Origin: an uncultured Spirochaetota bacterium
GTDB taxonomy: Bacteria; Spirochaetota; Spirochaetia; SZUA-6; Fen-1364
Direction of reading: 5' to 3'
DNA length: 64,000 nt
NCBI GenBank assembly: GCA_963734545.1
Contig: CAVTHO010000007.1
Span: 512,001 to 576,000, forward strand
Shown: positions 1 to 11,255 of the stretch, in pieces
How the letters are laid out: each line of letters begins with the position of its first letter
Numbering within the stretch: the first letter of the stretch is position 1
Program-made: the position numbers and the translations under genes
Notes under the pieces: model-generated
Databases searched by the model: none
What the model was told of the DNA's origin: nothing
What the model saw: only the letters and a program-made list of their open reading frames with translations

Positions 1-2
1 CA

Positions 3-536
3 CGAGAGTGGGTGGGTCGAGAGCCCTTCCTTCTGTCTCTCGGTGACTATGTGTATCGCTCCGACGACGACTCGACCTGTACGCGACAGCTAATCGACGC
101 GTATGAACGCTACGGCGGCAGTATCGTGAGCGTGAAGCCGGTACCCGAAACCCTTCTCGGCCGATTCGGCTGCGTAGGCGGCCGTTGGACAGAGGGAAGA
201 TCGGTGCTCGAGATTTCCGAGTTCGTCGAGAAACCTGACGTCGAGACGGCGCGGGAGTACCTGCGTGTCGACGGTCTGGCCTCTGGCGAATATCTTGGGC
301 TCTTTGGCCAGTATGTACTCAGCCCTACTATCTTTGATCTCCTCAGCGATAATTCTGCGGAGCACCAGGCCAGGGGTGAAGAGCTCCAGCTCACGCCCTG
401 CCTCAACAGGCTGCGGATCCGCGAAGGCATGCTCGCGTTCATGGTCCATGGGCGCAGCTATGACATCGGTGTGCCAGACGGCTATCGTGCAACGGTTTGG
501 GAGTTCGGAGCGCCGGGTCCAGACAGAGAGAAGTGA
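3..536 (+). CDS. galU: UTP--glucose-1-phosphate uridylyltransferase (GalU-like), 5'-truncated by window edge
   Basis: Open frame from the window start. Motifs EPFLLSLGD, FVEKP, GQYVLSP, ELQLT and YDIG are typical of the GalU C-terminal half. Confidence 0.75.
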   Translation, partial: REWVGREPFLLSLGDYVYRSDDDSTCTRQLIDAYERYGGSIVSVKPVPETLLGRFGCVGGRWTEGRSVLEISEFVEKPDVETAREYLRVDGLASGEYLGLFGQYVLSPTIFDLLSDNSAEHQARGEELQLTPCLNRLRIREGMLAFMVHGRSYDIGVPDGYRATVWEFGAPGPDREK

Positions 537-548
537 TCTTTTCTACTT

Positions 549-1466
549 TTGGCCGCTGCAGCAAGGCCGTGGTTCAGATATGCAATAAAGTTGATTAGGA
601 AGGAGAAGGCATGGCTCTCTGGCCCATCAGTTTGCTCAAGAAAGTTGTTCGCCGAGGCCTGGATTCCCCGGATCGACAGGCGGTTGAGGGTGTTCCGCAG
701 CCCCTATATCAAGCGCAAGTGCATCGAAGGGGTATGCTTCGACTTCTACATCGGTGATCAGGACGGGATGATCTGGTATGACGTAGATGCGACCGACCCA
801 TTCTGGCCCGAGATGAGGCTGATCAAGGAGAAACTGATAGATCAAGGCGATGTCATCCTTGAAGCGGGCGGGCATCAGGGCTGCACAGGAATCCTCCTAG
901 CGAATTGGGTCGGTCCTGCCGGGAAGGTAGTGTCGTTCGAGCCGAATCACAGCAACTTCGAGATCTTCATGGTGAACAAGAGCATCACCAAACTCCCCAA
1001 CCTCACCGTCGAGAATGCTGCAGTTGGCGACCGGCGTGGCAGAACGCTGATTTCCACAGGAAGATCGAATTCCTCGCTCGTTCAGCCCGGGTCGGTGTCC
1101 GCTTCGGTGGAGGTTGACATGGTGACTCTGGACGACTATCTGCACCTGAAGCCTACGCTCATCAAGATTGATGTCGAAGGCGCCGACATCCTCGTGCTGC
1201 GAGGAGCTCGCAGCTTGCTGAAAACCAGACCCAAATTGGCGATCGAAATCCACAGGAATTCATATTCGAAATACGGCACCAGACTCGAAGAGCTGTTTGA
1301 GCTGATCGACTTCAGCGAGTACGACTGCTGGGTGCAATGGGAGCTCGAGCCCGAAATACGCGAATGGGATTTTGGAAGTAAAAGCTCCCGAGATACGGCT
1401 ATGGAGAGGATGGTCCAAGGCACGCACTTGTTCGCCAGACCGAAAAAGCAATCGGTCCACGCCTGA
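549..1466 (+). CDS. FkbM-family SAM-dependent methyltransferase (start uncertain)
   Basis: Motifs VILEAGGHQG, SFEPN, TLDDY, LIKIDVEGAD and LAIEIH. Confidence 0.85.
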   Translation: MAAAARPWFRYAIKLIRKEKAWLSGPSVCSRKLFAEAWIPRIDRRLRVFRSPYIKRKCIEGVCFDFYIGDQDGMIWYDVDATDPFWPEMRLIKEKLIDQGDVILEAGGHQGCTGILLANWVGPAGKVVSFEPNHSNFEIFMVNKSITKLPNLTVENAAVGDRRGRTLISTGRSNSSLVQPGSVSASVEVDMVTLDDYLHLKPTLIKIDVEGADILVLRGARSLLKTRPKLAIEIHRNSYSKYGTRLEELFELIDFSEYDCWVQWELEPEIREWDFGSKSSRDTAMERMVQGTHLFARPKKQSVHA

Positions 1467-1532
1467 AATGTCCGAGAGGCTTCTCACATACCGAATGTCC
1501 GCGGCGCAATCCTACATTCCAGAGGTACCCGA

Positions 1533-1964
1533 GTGGTAGAGAACATTTGCGATCACGAGGAATGTCTGGCTATCATCGTCCGAAGCCAGTTCAGCGAACC
1601 GGGTGTTCACTTTTTCACGCCCGGTGATTTCTCTCAACAGCTCGGCTTTATGAAGCATCCGGCAGGAAAAATCATCGACCCGCACGTCCATAATCCAATC
1701 ACCCGTCAGGTCCACTACACACAGGAGGTCCTCCTGATCCGCAGGGGCAGTCTCCGGGTGGACTTCTACAAGGAAAACAGGGAATACTTGATGAGCCGTA
1801 CTCTTCACGGCGGGGATGTGATTCTCCTGATCAAGGGAGGCCATGGCTTCGTTGTCGAGGAGGATGTCGAGATGTTCGAGATCAAGCAGGGGCCCTATGC
1901 GGGCGACGCCGACAAGACCCGATTCATGCCCCCGTCGGGCCCGGCCGCAGGCGGCAGCCTATGA
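1533..1964 (+). CDS. Cupin-fold protein of the type found in polysaccharide loci
   Basis: Cupin metal motifs PHVH...QEVLLIRRG and GDVILLIKGGHGF...EIKQGPY. GTG start. Confidence 0.75.
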   Translation: MVENICDHEECLAIIVRSQFSEPGVHFFTPGDFSQQLGFMKHPAGKIIDPHVHNPITRQVHYTQEVLLIRRGSLRVDFYKENREYLMSRTLHGGDVILLIKGGHGFVVEEDVEMFEIKQGPYAGDADKTRFMPPSGPAAGGSL

Positions 1965-2007
1965 AGACCATGCAGGCGCACATCCCGAATACGAGGGGGA
2001 GGAATCA

Positions 2008-2883
2008 ATGATTTCTGCACTGAAGAGAGGGTTTCAGCGATTGGCGACACGGGCAAGCCGTGACGCATTAGCTGACGTATCTCGGTTTTCAGCAGAGACA
2101 AAGGCTGCGCAGGTGCTTCTGTTCAACGAGCTCCGCCAGATCGCAATGCATGGCAGCGCGACCACTCTCGAGGATGTCGGGTTCCGGGTATTCTCCCAGT
2201 GTGATGAGGACGGAATCCTGCTTGCCATTTTCGCCGCCGCGGGAACAACGAACAAGACCTTCCTGGATATCGGCGCCGCAGATGGTATCAACAGCAACTG
2301 CGCAAATCTGGCAATGAACTGGGGGTGGTGGGGCCTCTTTGTAGACGGCGATGCCCGGGGAATAGAACGCGGCCGTGAATACTACGGCCGTCAACCCGAC
2401 ACAAGACTGTTTCCCCCTCAGTTCATTCAGGCGCACGTGACAAGGGCGAATGTAAACCAGGTGCTCGCGGACGCGGGGCTTCGGGGAGAGATCGACCTGC
2501 TGTCGATCGATATCGACGGCAACGACTATTGGCTGTGGGAGGCTCTTGAAGGGGTCAATGCCCGGGTCGTTGTCATTGAGACCCACGTCGAGTTCGGCAT
2601 GAGGAACATCGTCGTTCCGTATGACGAGGCATACGTGTATCCGGGAAAGCACCCTGACTATTTCGGGGCGTCGCCTGTCGCAATGGCGAAACTCGCCGCG
2701 AGAAAGGGCTACCGACTGGTGGGCGCAAACCGGTATGGATTCAATACGTTCTACGTCAAGAGGGGCATCGCGGAGAGCATTCTTCCGGAGGTTCCCGTCG
2801 AGTCGGTTCTGCGACATCCCAGGAACAAGGAGCGGGGCAAGCTATTCGAAGCAGTAAAGGGCTACGAGTACGCGGAGGGATAG
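2008..2883 (+). CDS. FkbM-like SAM-dependent methyltransferase (FSQxxEDG subfamily)
   Basis: ATG at 2008 after a GGAGGA RBS. Motifs FSQCDEDG, FLDIGAADG, DLLSIDIDGNDYW and GASxxAMxKL. Confidence 0.75.
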   Translation: MISALKRGFQRLATRASRDALADVSRFSAETKAAQVLLFNELRQIAMHGSATTLEDVGFRVFSQCDEDGILLAIFAAAGTTNKTFLDIGAADGINSNCANLAMNWGWWGLFVDGDARGIERGREYYGRQPDTRLFPPQFIQAHVTRANVNQVLADAGLRGEIDLLSIDIDGNDYWLWEALEGVNARVVVIETHVEFGMRNIVVPYDEAYVYPGKHPDYFGASPVAMAKLAARKGYRLVGANRYGFNTFYVKRGIAESILPEVPVESVLRHPRNKERGKLFEAVKGYEYAEG

Positions 2884-2916
2884 CCATTTGACGTGCTCGT
2901 TCCCAGGGGGCAGCCC

Positions 2917-4048
2917 ATGAAGATCCCCGTGTGTGAGCCTTTTCTGAACGGCAGGGAGGCCGAATACGTGCTTGACGCCATGCAGACGGGGTGGATCTCG
3001 TCCTCCGGCAAATACGTGACCGAGTTCGAGCGCGGCTTCGCGGCCTACTGCGGCGTGAGGTACGGAGTCGCGGTCTGCAACGGAACGGTGGCCCTGCATC
3101 TCGCGCTTCGCGCGATTGGCATCGGTCCTGGAGACGAAGTCATCGTTCCGAACTTCACGATGATCGCCACCGCATTCGCCGTCTGCTACACCGGAGCCCA
3201 TCCCGTGTTCGTGGATGCGGACCGCAACTCCTGGAACATCGATCCCGATCTCGTCGAACAGAAGATAACCTCGCGAACGAAGGCAATCATGCCGGTGCAC
3301 CTGTATGGCCTTCCGTGCGACATGGACGCGCTTCGCGGCATTGCGGAACGGAAACGCATCGCGCTCATCGAGGACGCGGCGGAAGCGCATGGAGCCGTGT
3401 ACAAGGGGCGAAAAGCGGGTGCGTTGTCGGCAATTGCCGCCTTCAGCTTCTACGCGAACAAGAATCTCACCACCGGCGAAGGCGGCATGGTTGTCACAGA
3501 TGACACGGATCTCTGGAACAGCGCTCGCTACTTCAAGAATCTCTGCTTCCCTCTGGACGCCCCACGCGTCTATGTCCACTCGGACATCGGATTCAACTAC
3601 CGGATGTCGAACATCCACGCCGCCATTGGATTGGCCCAGGTCGAACGGGCCGACGAATACCTGGCCCTGCGCCGGCGCAACGCACAGCTCTACCGCGCCT
3701 TGTTGAGCGACGTGCCGGGCATCACCTTCCAGAGCGTGCCGGCACAATTTCGAGCAGGATTATTCCAGCTCCTTCTGGATGAACAGCATGGTCGTCGAAC
3801 CGGCGACGTACGGCAGAACAAGAGACGAGTTGGCCGGCTATCTGGAGTCCAGGGGAGTAGAGACCCGGCTGCTCTTTGTCGGCATGGACAGACAACCATC
3901 GTTGCGCGATTTTATTTCCCCGGGCGAGCGCTTTCCGGTGAGCGGGTGGCTCAGCGAGAACGGCCTTTACCTGCCCTCGGCGAGCTCACTGACCGAGCAG
4001 CAGATACGATACGTGTGCGATGCTATCCGGAGCTATTGCACCCGATGA
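2917..4048 (+). CDS. DegT/DnrJ/EryC1/StrS aminotransferase, GDP-perosamine synthase-like; apparent frameshift near 3750
   Basis: Motifs GWISSSG, NGTVALHLAL, IEDAAEAHG, FSFYANKNLTTGEGG and GFNYRM. The C-terminus (SSFWMNS...VETR...GLYLPS) is in another frame that stops at 4048 and overlaps the next ATG. Confidence 0.85.
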
Positions 4049-4809
4049 AATCTGAAGTGTTTGGAGACTACTCGGCGTACTATGACCTCCTCTACAGGGA
4101 CAAGGACTACTCTGCAGAAGTGGACTACGTGGAGCAGCTCATCCACCGGCAGCGTCCCCTGGAAAGCGGTTGGAAGGTCCTCGATGTCGGCTCGGGAACG
4201 GGCAGGCATGCCGCCGCGTTCGCCCGGCGCGGGCACACGGTAGTCGGCGTCGACGCCTCCCAGCAGATGGTCCGGCTGGCCCGGGAAGCGGCCGGCCCCT
4301 CGGTCAGATTCGTTGTCGGCGACGCCAGGCATTTTCGTCTCGACGAGCGCTTTCCCGTCGCGCTCTCACTGTTTCACGTCGCGAGCTACCAGACCGACAC
4401 CGCTGACCTGCTCGCGTACTTCCAATCGATCTGCGCACACCTCGAGCCGTCGGGGCTTTTCGTCTTCGACTGCTGGTACGGTCCAGCCGTTCTGCATCAG
4501 AAACCGGGCCTTCGCGTCAGGGAGATGGAGGACGAAAAGCTCAAGGTCCTGAGAATTGCGCGGCCCGAGCTGCAAACAGAAGACAACTGCGTGAGGGTGG
4601 AATTCGAAGTTCTGGTCGAACGGAAGGCGGACGGCAGCCTGCAGCGCCTGCATGAAAGCCACCGCATGCGGTACTTGTTTCTGCCCGAGATTCAGGATCT
4701 GTTGGCACGAGCGGGGCTCGAGCTCCTGCGCAGCGAGGAGTGGATGACAGGAAAGCCCCTCGGCCTGGAGACATGGTCGGCCTGCCTTGTTGCCGGCAAG
4801 CGATCATGA
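4045..4809 (+). CDS. Class I SAM methyltransferase resembling DesVI/TylM1 NDP-aminosugar N-methyltransferases
   Basis: ATGA overlap with the upstream stop. Motifs YYDLLYRDKDYSAE, VLDVGSGTGRHA, LFHVASY and HLEPSGLFVFDCW. Confidence 0.75.
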   Translation: MKSEVFGDYSAYYDLLYRDKDYSAEVDYVEQLIHRQRPLESGWKVLDVGSGTGRHAAAFARRGHTVVGVDASQQMVRLAREAAGPSVRFVVGDARHFRLDERFPVALSLFHVASYQTDTADLLAYFQSICAHLEPSGLFVFDCWYGPAVLHQKPGLRVREMEDEKLKVLRIARPELQTEDNCVRVEFEVLVERKADGSLQRLHESHRMRYLFLPEIQDLLARAGLELLRSEEWMTGKPLGLETWSACLVAGKRS

Positions 4810-6011
4810 GAACCGCGGTCCTCTCGTTCGGCTATCCTATTGAGAGATCACCGACTGTCAAAGGGATAATAGAATATCTTGTGAAGCGCGGCTTTGAACC
4901 AGACGTAATCCTCGAGTCGGCGAATCACCATCTCCTTGCGGAACTGCCGACGTCGCGCGTGGTTCAGCTGCTGCCTCGATGGGTGCTCTGGGTGCGCGCT
5001 CGAGTGATGAGCGCCGCGGCGGTCCTGCAGGGCGCCCCCGTAATAGGTCGAGGGGCATTTCGCAGGATTCGATCCTTTCTTGATGCAGTAATGTGGTGGC
5101 CGGCCGCGTACCGACTCCGGCGCATTGGCCAGACGTACGATCTTGTCTATTGTATTGAAGCGGGTTCGCTCTTTTTGATCGATGCGGCAAAGATCCCGCT
5201 TGGTCGATGCATCTACGTATCGCTCGAGCTCCAGCAGATCATCTCCGTGTATGGGTGCCGGAAAGCAGGAGAGTTACTCGCGAAGTGCGCGGTACGGCTC
5301 GTCCAAAGCCCGGAAAGGGCGCTGCTTCTGAACAAAGCGCTCGGTCGTGTTCTGGAGTATCAGTATCTGCCTGTTTCTACCGTTCCGTATGCGCCAACCC
5401 GCCGTTGCCAATCCAACGGAGGCCCCATCAGGCTTGTCTACTCGGGCTACATCGCCAGATGGTCGCATCTCAAGGAATTCCTGCTTGCCTACCGGGACGT
5501 TGAGCGCGAGATGCCGGTCACGCTCACGGTTCATGGGCACAGCTATGGAACCGGCGAGTATCTGCGGGAGATTCTCGCGCTTCTTGCTGACCTCCCCACC
5601 GCACGCTTCGAGGAGAGGCCAATGTCGGAACGCGAGCACCAGGAGTTTCTCGAGGACTTTGACGTCGGGGTTGCCCTTTACCAGCCAGTGGCAGGCAATG
5701 ACAACTGGAAGGGTCTCCTGAAGTCCTCGGGCAAGATCGCCGCGTACCTCTGGAGCGGGCTTGCGGTCCTGACGAACCTGGCCGATGAAGACACTCGAAA
5801 TGTTCCGTTTCTGTTCACCGATCAATTGACGCACGGAGCCGTGCGCGACGCGCTGCGCGCGTACCAGCTCAGCCGGGATTCCTGTGTTTCGCTGGCCCTT
5901 CGATACGCAACGGAACACTACAACATTTACACCTACCTCGATGCGCTTCACCGCCAGATCGATGAAAGCGGGTTATCCGTAAGGCTTCGGGCGCGAACCG
6001 AGTCATCGTAG
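4806..6011 (+). CDS. Divergent GT-B (GT4-like) glycosyltransferase
   Basis: ATGA overlap. Motifs LVYSGYI, DVGVALY and [18 protein letters not shown]. Confidence 0.65.
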   Translation: MRTAVLSFGYPIERSPTVKGIIEYLVKRGFEPDVILESANHHLLAELPTSRVVQLLPRWVLWVRARVMSAAAVLQGAPVIGRGAFRRIRSFLDAVMWWPAAYRLRRIGQTYDLVYCIEAGSLFLIDAAKIPLGRCIYVSLELQQIISVYGCRKAGELLAKCAVRLVQSPERALLLNKALGRVLEYQYLPVSTVPYAPTRRCQSNGGPIRLVYSGYIARWSHLKEFLLAYRDVEREMPVTLTVHGHSYGTGEYLREILALLADLPTARFEERPMSEREHQEFLEDFDVGVALYQPVAGNDNWKGLLKSSGKIAAYLWSGLAVLTNLADEDTRNVPFLFTDQLTHGAVRDALRAYQLSRDSCVSLALRYATEHYNIYTYLDALHRQIDESGLSVRLRARTESS

Positions 6012-6037
6012 ACCAGAGACACACAGGGAGGCCGCAA

Positions 6038-7126
6038 TTGGCGAAGACTGCTCTCATCACGGGCGTCACGGGACAGGACGGCGCCCATCTGTCCGAGTTG
6101 TTGCTCGCAAAAGGCTACAACGTCCACGGCATAAAGCGGCGCGCCTCGCTTTTCAACACGGACCGCATCGACCACCTTTACCAGGATCCCCATGACGCGG
6201 AGGTCCATTTCCGCCTCCACTACGGGGATCTGACCGACTCGACGAACCTGATCAGGATCCTGCAGGAGGTGCAGCCGGACGAGATTTACAACCTCGGAGC
6301 GCAGAGCCATGTGAAGGTCTCATTCGAAACCCCGGAGTACACGGCCAACTCCGACGGGTTGGGAACACTGCGGCTGCTCGAGGCGATTCGGATTCTGGGT
6401 CTGGAAAAACGGGTGCGGTTCTATCAGGCGTCGACCAGCGAAATGTTCGGAAAAGTGCGGGAGGTCCCCCAGCGAGAAACCACGCCGTTCCACCCGCGGA
6501 GCCCTTATGGCGCGGCCAAGGCCTTTGCGTACTGGATCACGGTGAATTACCGGGAAGCCTACGGCATATTCGCCTGCAATGGGATTCTCTTCAACCATGA
6601 AGGGCCGCTGCGCGGAGAGACTTTCGTCACACGCAAGATCACCCGTGCGGCGGCGCGAATGAAATTGGGTTTGCAGGAAAAGCTTCACCTCGGAAACCTG
6701 GACGCGAAGCGGGACTGGGGATACGCGGGGGATTATGTCGACGCGATGTGGCGCATGCTCCAGGCTCCGACGCCGGACGACTATGTCATCGCGACCGGGG
6801 AAAACCACACGGTGCGGGAGTTCGTGACCGAGGCCTTCGCGGCGGCAGGCATTATTCTGCAATGGCAGGGGACCGGCGCGGAGGAGAAGGGTGTCGACGC
6901 CAGTTCCGGCAGGGCGCTGGTGGAGATTGACAAGAGGTACTTCAGACCGGCGGAAGTCGACGAACTGCTGGGAGACCCCTCCAAGGCTCGCGCAAGGCTC
7001 GGGTGGCGCCACACCCTCACATTCAGCGAGCTCGTCGGGCTGATGGTCAAAGCCGATCTCAAGGAGGCGGAGCGCGATCTCTACCTCTCGAAGGGCGGCT
7101 TTTCCACTGCGGCAGGCCACGAGTGA
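6038..7126 (+). CDS. gmd: GDP-mannose 4,6-dehydratase
   Basis: Motifs [39 protein letters not shown] and RDWG. TTG start after GGGAGG. Confidence 0.97.
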   Translation: MAKTALITGVTGQDGAHLSELLLAKGYNVHGIKRRASLFNTDRIDHLYQDPHDAEVHFRLHYGDLTDSTNLIRILQEVQPDEIYNLGAQSHVKVSFETPEYTANSDGLGTLRLLEAIRILGLEKRVRFYQASTSEMFGKVREVPQRETTPFHPRSPYGAAKAFAYWITVNYREAYGIFACNGILFNHEGPLRGETFVTRKITRAAARMKLGLQEKLHLGNLDAKRDWGYAGDYVDAMWRMLQAPTPDDYVIATGENHTVREFVTEAFAAAGIILQWQGTGAEEKGVDASSGRALVEIDKRYFRPAEVDELLGDPSKARARLGWRHTLTFSELVGLMVKADLKEAERDLYLSKGGFSTAAGHE

Positions 7127-7133
7127 GGAATCT

Positions 7134-8096
7134 ATGGAAAACTCCGGCGACGGCCAGATGAACAAGGACGATCGGATCTATGTGGCCGGGCATCGGGGCC
7201 TTGCCGGGTCGGCGATCGCGCGGGAACTGGAGCGCAAGGGCTATCAGTCCATTCTTACCTGCAATCACGACGAGCTGGATCTGCGGGATCAACGGGCCAC
7301 TCGCGACTATTTCGAGAGAACTCGGCCTACCTGCGTGTTCCTGGCCGCCGGGAAGGTCGGCGGCATCATGGCCAACAACACCTACAAGGCCGAGTTCATC
7401 TTCGACAACCTGATGATTGCCGCAAACGTCATCGACACCGCCCATCGCTGCGGCGTCAGAAGGCTCCTGAATCTAGGCTCGTCCTGCATCTATCCGCGGG
7501 ACGCGTCGCAGCCGCTGAGAGAGGATCTGCTGCTGACCGGCCCTCTGGAGTCGACAAATGAGCCCTACGCTCTCGCAAAGATTGCCGCCCTCAAGCTCTG
7601 CCGGTACTACAACGAGCAGTACGGCACGAGTTTTCTCTCCGTGATGCCGACAAACCTCTACGGACCGAACGACAATTTCGACCCTGTGAGCTCCCACGTG
7701 GTGCCGGCGCTCATCCGCAAGATGCACGACGCAAAGATGCGGTCAGAGCAGGTGATCCTGTGGGGAGACGGAACCCCTCGGCGGGAGTTTCTCTATGTCG
7801 ATGACTTTGCCCGGGCGGCGGTGTTCCTCATGGAACGCTGCGAGGCTTCTCAAGTCGGCGAATTCATCAACATCGGCACCGGTACCGACATGACCATCAA
7901 GGAGCTGGCAGAGACGGTTGCGGAAGCTGTGGGCTACAAGGGACGCATTGAGTGGGACCTGACGAAACCGAACGGGACCCCCCGGAAGCTCCTGGACATC
8001 ACACGAATTCGCGCTCTGGGGTGGAAGCCGACGACGGAGTTCAGAGCAGGCTTGGAGCGAACGTACCAGTGGTTTCTCGAGAACGCACACGCATGA
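7134..8096 (+). CDS. fcl: GDP-L-fucose synthase (start may be 7158)
   Basis: Motifs YVAGHRGLAGSAI, AAGKVGGI, LGSSCIYP, NEPYALAK, MPTNLYGPNDNF and KPNGTPRK. Confidence 0.95.
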   Translation: MENSGDGQMNKDDRIYVAGHRGLAGSAIARELERKGYQSILTCNHDELDLRDQRATRDYFERTRPTCVFLAAGKVGGIMANNTYKAEFIFDNLMIAANVIDTAHRCGVRRLLNLGSSCIYPRDASQPLREDLLLTGPLESTNEPYALAKIAALKLCRYYNEQYGTSFLSVMPTNLYGPNDNFDPVSSHVVPALIRKMHDAKMRSEQVILWGDGTPRREFLYVDDFARAAVFLMERCEASQVGEFINIGTGTDMTIKELAETVAEAVGYKGRIEWDLTKPNGTPRKLLDITRIRALGWKPTTEFRAGLERTYQWFLENAHA

Positions 8097-8142
8097 CGGC
8101 CAGGACTGCAGCCGAACAGAGCAGAGAGGGAAGGAGCGTCCA

Positions 8143-8910
8143 TTGCCGGCTCTATTGAGAACCTTCGGATTTGACCCGGGCCGGACCATCAGGTCCATTA
8201 TCGCCCTCCCGCGGTACTTCCGCGAGTTGAGGCAGTTCAGGAGCCAATCGCGCGCAGCAAACTCTCCGTTCCCGTTGGGCAAACTCTATCCCTGCCTCGG
8301 CGAACGGGGTGCCATTACCGCGGCGGGACACTATTTTCACCAGGACCTCCACGTGGCGCAGAAGATATTCGAGGACCGGCCTGCGCTGCATGTCGACGTA
8401 GGCTCGCGGGTCGACGGCTTCGTGGCCCACGTTGCCTCCTTTCGGAGGATCGTGGTCATGGACATCAGGGAGCTTCGGGATACTGGCCACGAAAACATCG
8501 AGTTTATTCAGGCCGACCTGATGAACTTGCCGGAGCGCTTCACGGAATACTGCGACTCCCTCTCCTGTCTTCACGCGAACGAGCACTTCGGGCTTGGTCG
8601 ATACGGCGATCCGATTGCATCGGATGGCTACCTGCTCGGGCTCAAGAACATGCATCGGATGCTTCGATCGAGGGGCAAGTTCTACTATGCGGTGCCCATT
8701 GGTCCCCTGCGGGTCGAGTTCAACGCCCACCGCGTTTTTTCGCTCCGACATCTATTGGATCTCTTCCGGCATGAGTACACGGTGGACTCCTTTTCGTACG
8801 TGAACGACAAAGGACAGTTCTTTCGGGACGGCGTCTTGAGCGATCAGAATATCCGTGACAACTTCGGCTGCATCTACGGCTGCGGCATTTTCCAGATGAC
8901 GAAGCGCTGA
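8143..8910 (+). CDS. DUF268-like methyltransferase-fold protein
   Basis: Motifs HYFHQDL, HVDVGSRVDGFVAH, SLSCLHANEHFGLGRYGDP and FNAHRVF. TTG start after AAGGAG. Confidence 0.7.
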   Translation: MPALLRTFGFDPGRTIRSIIALPRYFRELRQFRSQSRAANSPFPLGKLYPCLGERGAITAAGHYFHQDLHVAQKIFEDRPALHVDVGSRVDGFVAHVASFRRIVVMDIRELRDTGHENIEFIQADLMNLPERFTEYCDSLSCLHANEHFGLGRYGDPIASDGYLLGLKNMHRMLRSRGKFYYAVPIGPLRVEFNAHRVFSLRHLLDLFRHEYTVDSFSYVNDKGQFFRDGVLSDQNIRDNFGCIYGCGIFQMTKR

Positions 8911-8927
8911 GCAGATGAGGAGAGGAC

Positions 8928-9947
8928 ATGGAGCGATCGATGGAAACCGTGGAAGCATGCGACTTGTGTGGCAGCACACGGCAGAGACTGTTCGAAGTCT
9001 ATGAACGATATGGCGAGACTTTTCACTATGTGGAATGTCTGGGCTGCGGGCTGGCTTTTCTCAACCCCCGCCCGACAGTTGATGGTATGCTGCGCTTCTA
9101 TGACAAAGAGTACGAAGATTCACGGCATTCCGTGTATCGAGAATCGGGATTCCGCAAGAGGGCTGGCTCCATTGCCCGCTGGTTTCTCCGTATCCGCTAT
9201 GAGAGAGGAGAAATTGCTTCGGCACTGGTGAAGGCCGTCTTCTTCCCGCTGGAAATGGCGTGGCAGAGATACCTTCGCAGAAATCCCTGGATGAGGCATG
9301 TACGGCACATAGGTCGCTTCCTGGACGTAGGCTGCGGCCGTGGCGGATTGCTCGCCAAAATACGCTTCCTGGGATTTGATGTCCATGGATGCGAGCCGTC
9401 CGCGACCGCTGCCGCAGTTGCCCAGGGAATGGGCCTCTCAGTGAAATGCAGCGACCTGCCGGGTGCGCACTACCCCAGTGACCATTTCGATGTTGTCCAC
9501 GTGCGCAGTGTACTCGAGCATGTCCATGATCCCACTGCTGTCATTTCGGAAATCAAGCGCATTCTCAAGCCGGGCGGTCTGGCCTATATCGATGTCCCGA
9601 ACCATGACGGCATTACCGGACAGGTAATTCGCAACAGTGAGGATGTGCCGATGCACCTGTATTCCTATTCTCCAACCACTTTGAGCAGGTATTTTGAGAA
9701 AGTCGGCCTTCACATTGTCAGCCTCACCACTTATACCAGGTTTCCACACACAATCTATGGGTATTTTGGCACGCAGGCGATTGCAATGGCGAAACTCAGC
9801 GGGTCGGCGGCGCAAGTTGCACAGACGGAAAGGTTCTGGGCTTTCAGCAATTCAGCGCGCCGTTCTGAGTATCAGGCGACTGCAAGGTTTTTCGATTCTA
9901 TTGGCCATGGATGTCATATCCTTGCTCTTGCGTCAAAGAATGGCTGA
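8928..9947 (+). CDS. Class I SAM methyltransferase with N-terminal Cys pairs
   Basis: Motifs CDLCGS...ECLGCGL, FLDVGCGRG, VLEHVHDP, LKPGG and HLYSYS. Confidence 0.85.
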   Translation: MERSMETVEACDLCGSTRQRLFEVYERYGETFHYVECLGCGLAFLNPRPTVDGMLRFYDKEYEDSRHSVYRESGFRKRAGSIARWFLRIRYERGEIASALVKAVFFPLEMAWQRYLRRNPWMRHVRHIGRFLDVGCGRGGLLAKIRFLGFDVHGCEPSATAAAVAQGMGLSVKCSDLPGAHYPSDHFDVVHVRSVLEHVHDPTAVISEIKRILKPGGLAYIDVPNHDGITGQVIRNSEDVPMHLYSYSPTTLSRYFEKVGLHIVSLTTYTRFPHTIYGYFGTQAIAMAKLSGSAAQVAQTERFWAFSNSARRSEYQATARFFDSIGHGCHILALASKNG

Positions 9948-11250
9948 GAGCGAACGAACCGCCCAGATGAATCACGGAATCAAGTCAATCCTCAGACGAA
10001 TCGAGCCCCTTGTCCGGCTTTCCAAACGGCTGCGCGAAAGGCGCACGGAATTCTATCAATTCCAGAAAAGGGTCCATCCCGCAACATGGGCGAATCATGA
10101 CCTCATTATGGAGTGGGCCGACAACTGCCTTGTAAAATGCGCCGAGATGGAGGCCGCGAACAATTATGCGCGCTCAACCGATCCGACTGTGACACAGGGT
10201 TATGAGCTGAAGAAGCGTGTCGAGGCAGAATACAGGGAGAAGCACACGGACTGGGAAGAGCTGCGGATTCTTCTCTACCGTCCCGAGTACGAACAATCGG
10301 TAGGAGGATATTCGCTGGTCGGGAATCTCGCCATGTCCCTCCAATTCATGGGTGTCCGGGCGGAGGCCATAGGCAGAACTGACAATCTGGCGGTCGTGCT
10401 GGAGAGCTTCCGTCCGACTGTTCTGATGACGAGCGACAACGAACGCGATCTGGGAATCGTTGACTGGATGGCATTCAACGAGTATCGGAAGAAGCACCAT
10501 TGCGCTCTCGGCCTGACCGCTTCACTCGAAGAATTTCGGCAATACGCCGCTTGCCGGTCGTCTGGCGTGGGCGCATACGCACGGCGTAGACTTCTATTAC
10601 CAATTCGCTCCGCAGGAATATCTGCATGGGAGAGAGGAGTTCAATCCCTTTTGGAATGAAGGGTATGAGATACTCTCGGTGGAATTCGGTGCCAATGTCC
10701 TGAAGGTACTACCCTGTCCCCGGCGTCTCACGGGACATATCCTATGTGTTCCTCGGATCCCGCAACAAGGTGAAATGGGACAGGTATGTTACTTTTTTTG
10801 ACCGCATCTGTCGCGAATATCCCGGCTTCATTCACGGCAGCGGATGGCTCAAGCTCAAGGACCAAAGCGTCAACACCAACAGGGACCGCTACTTGTATGC
10901 GCGCGCCCGCGTGTGCCTGAATCTCCACACCCGGGCATGAGGTGCGGTGGCCCTTCGAATGTAATGAACGCACCTACATGCTGGCAGCGTGCGGTGCGCC
11001 CATGCTGATCGACAACCCCGCCTACTTGTCGTCGGTCTTTTCGAAGGACTCCGTTTTCACCGCGTCGACTCCCGACGAGTATTTCGAGCTCTTCCGCTTG
11101 ATGCTGGCAAATACGGAAGAAGTCCAGCGCCGCGCATTGAAGGCGCAGCGCGAAGTCATTGAGAAATACAATTCATTCAAGAGGGCGGAGGACTTTGCGG
11201 GGAATCTGAGGAGATACGCAACCGGAGACTCCCGGAGCCCGACAAAGTAG
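9940..11250 (+). CDS. CgeB/Glyco_trans_1_2-type glycosyltransferase; apparent frameshifts near 10535, 10706 and 10932
   Basis: Stitched frames read ...VEFGAN...ISYVFLGSRN...LYARARVCLNLH...CNERTYMLAACGAPMLID..., the NxRxFE/YxxxACG motif of this family. Confidence 0.65.
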
Positions 11251-11255
11251 CCTGA

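Noticed and set aside
2893-4809. 638-aa aminotransferase-methyltransferase fusion in the ORF track
   Set aside because: The true aminotransferase C-terminus is in another frame (to 4048) with an ATGA overlap into the MTase. The fusion arises from an indel near 3750.
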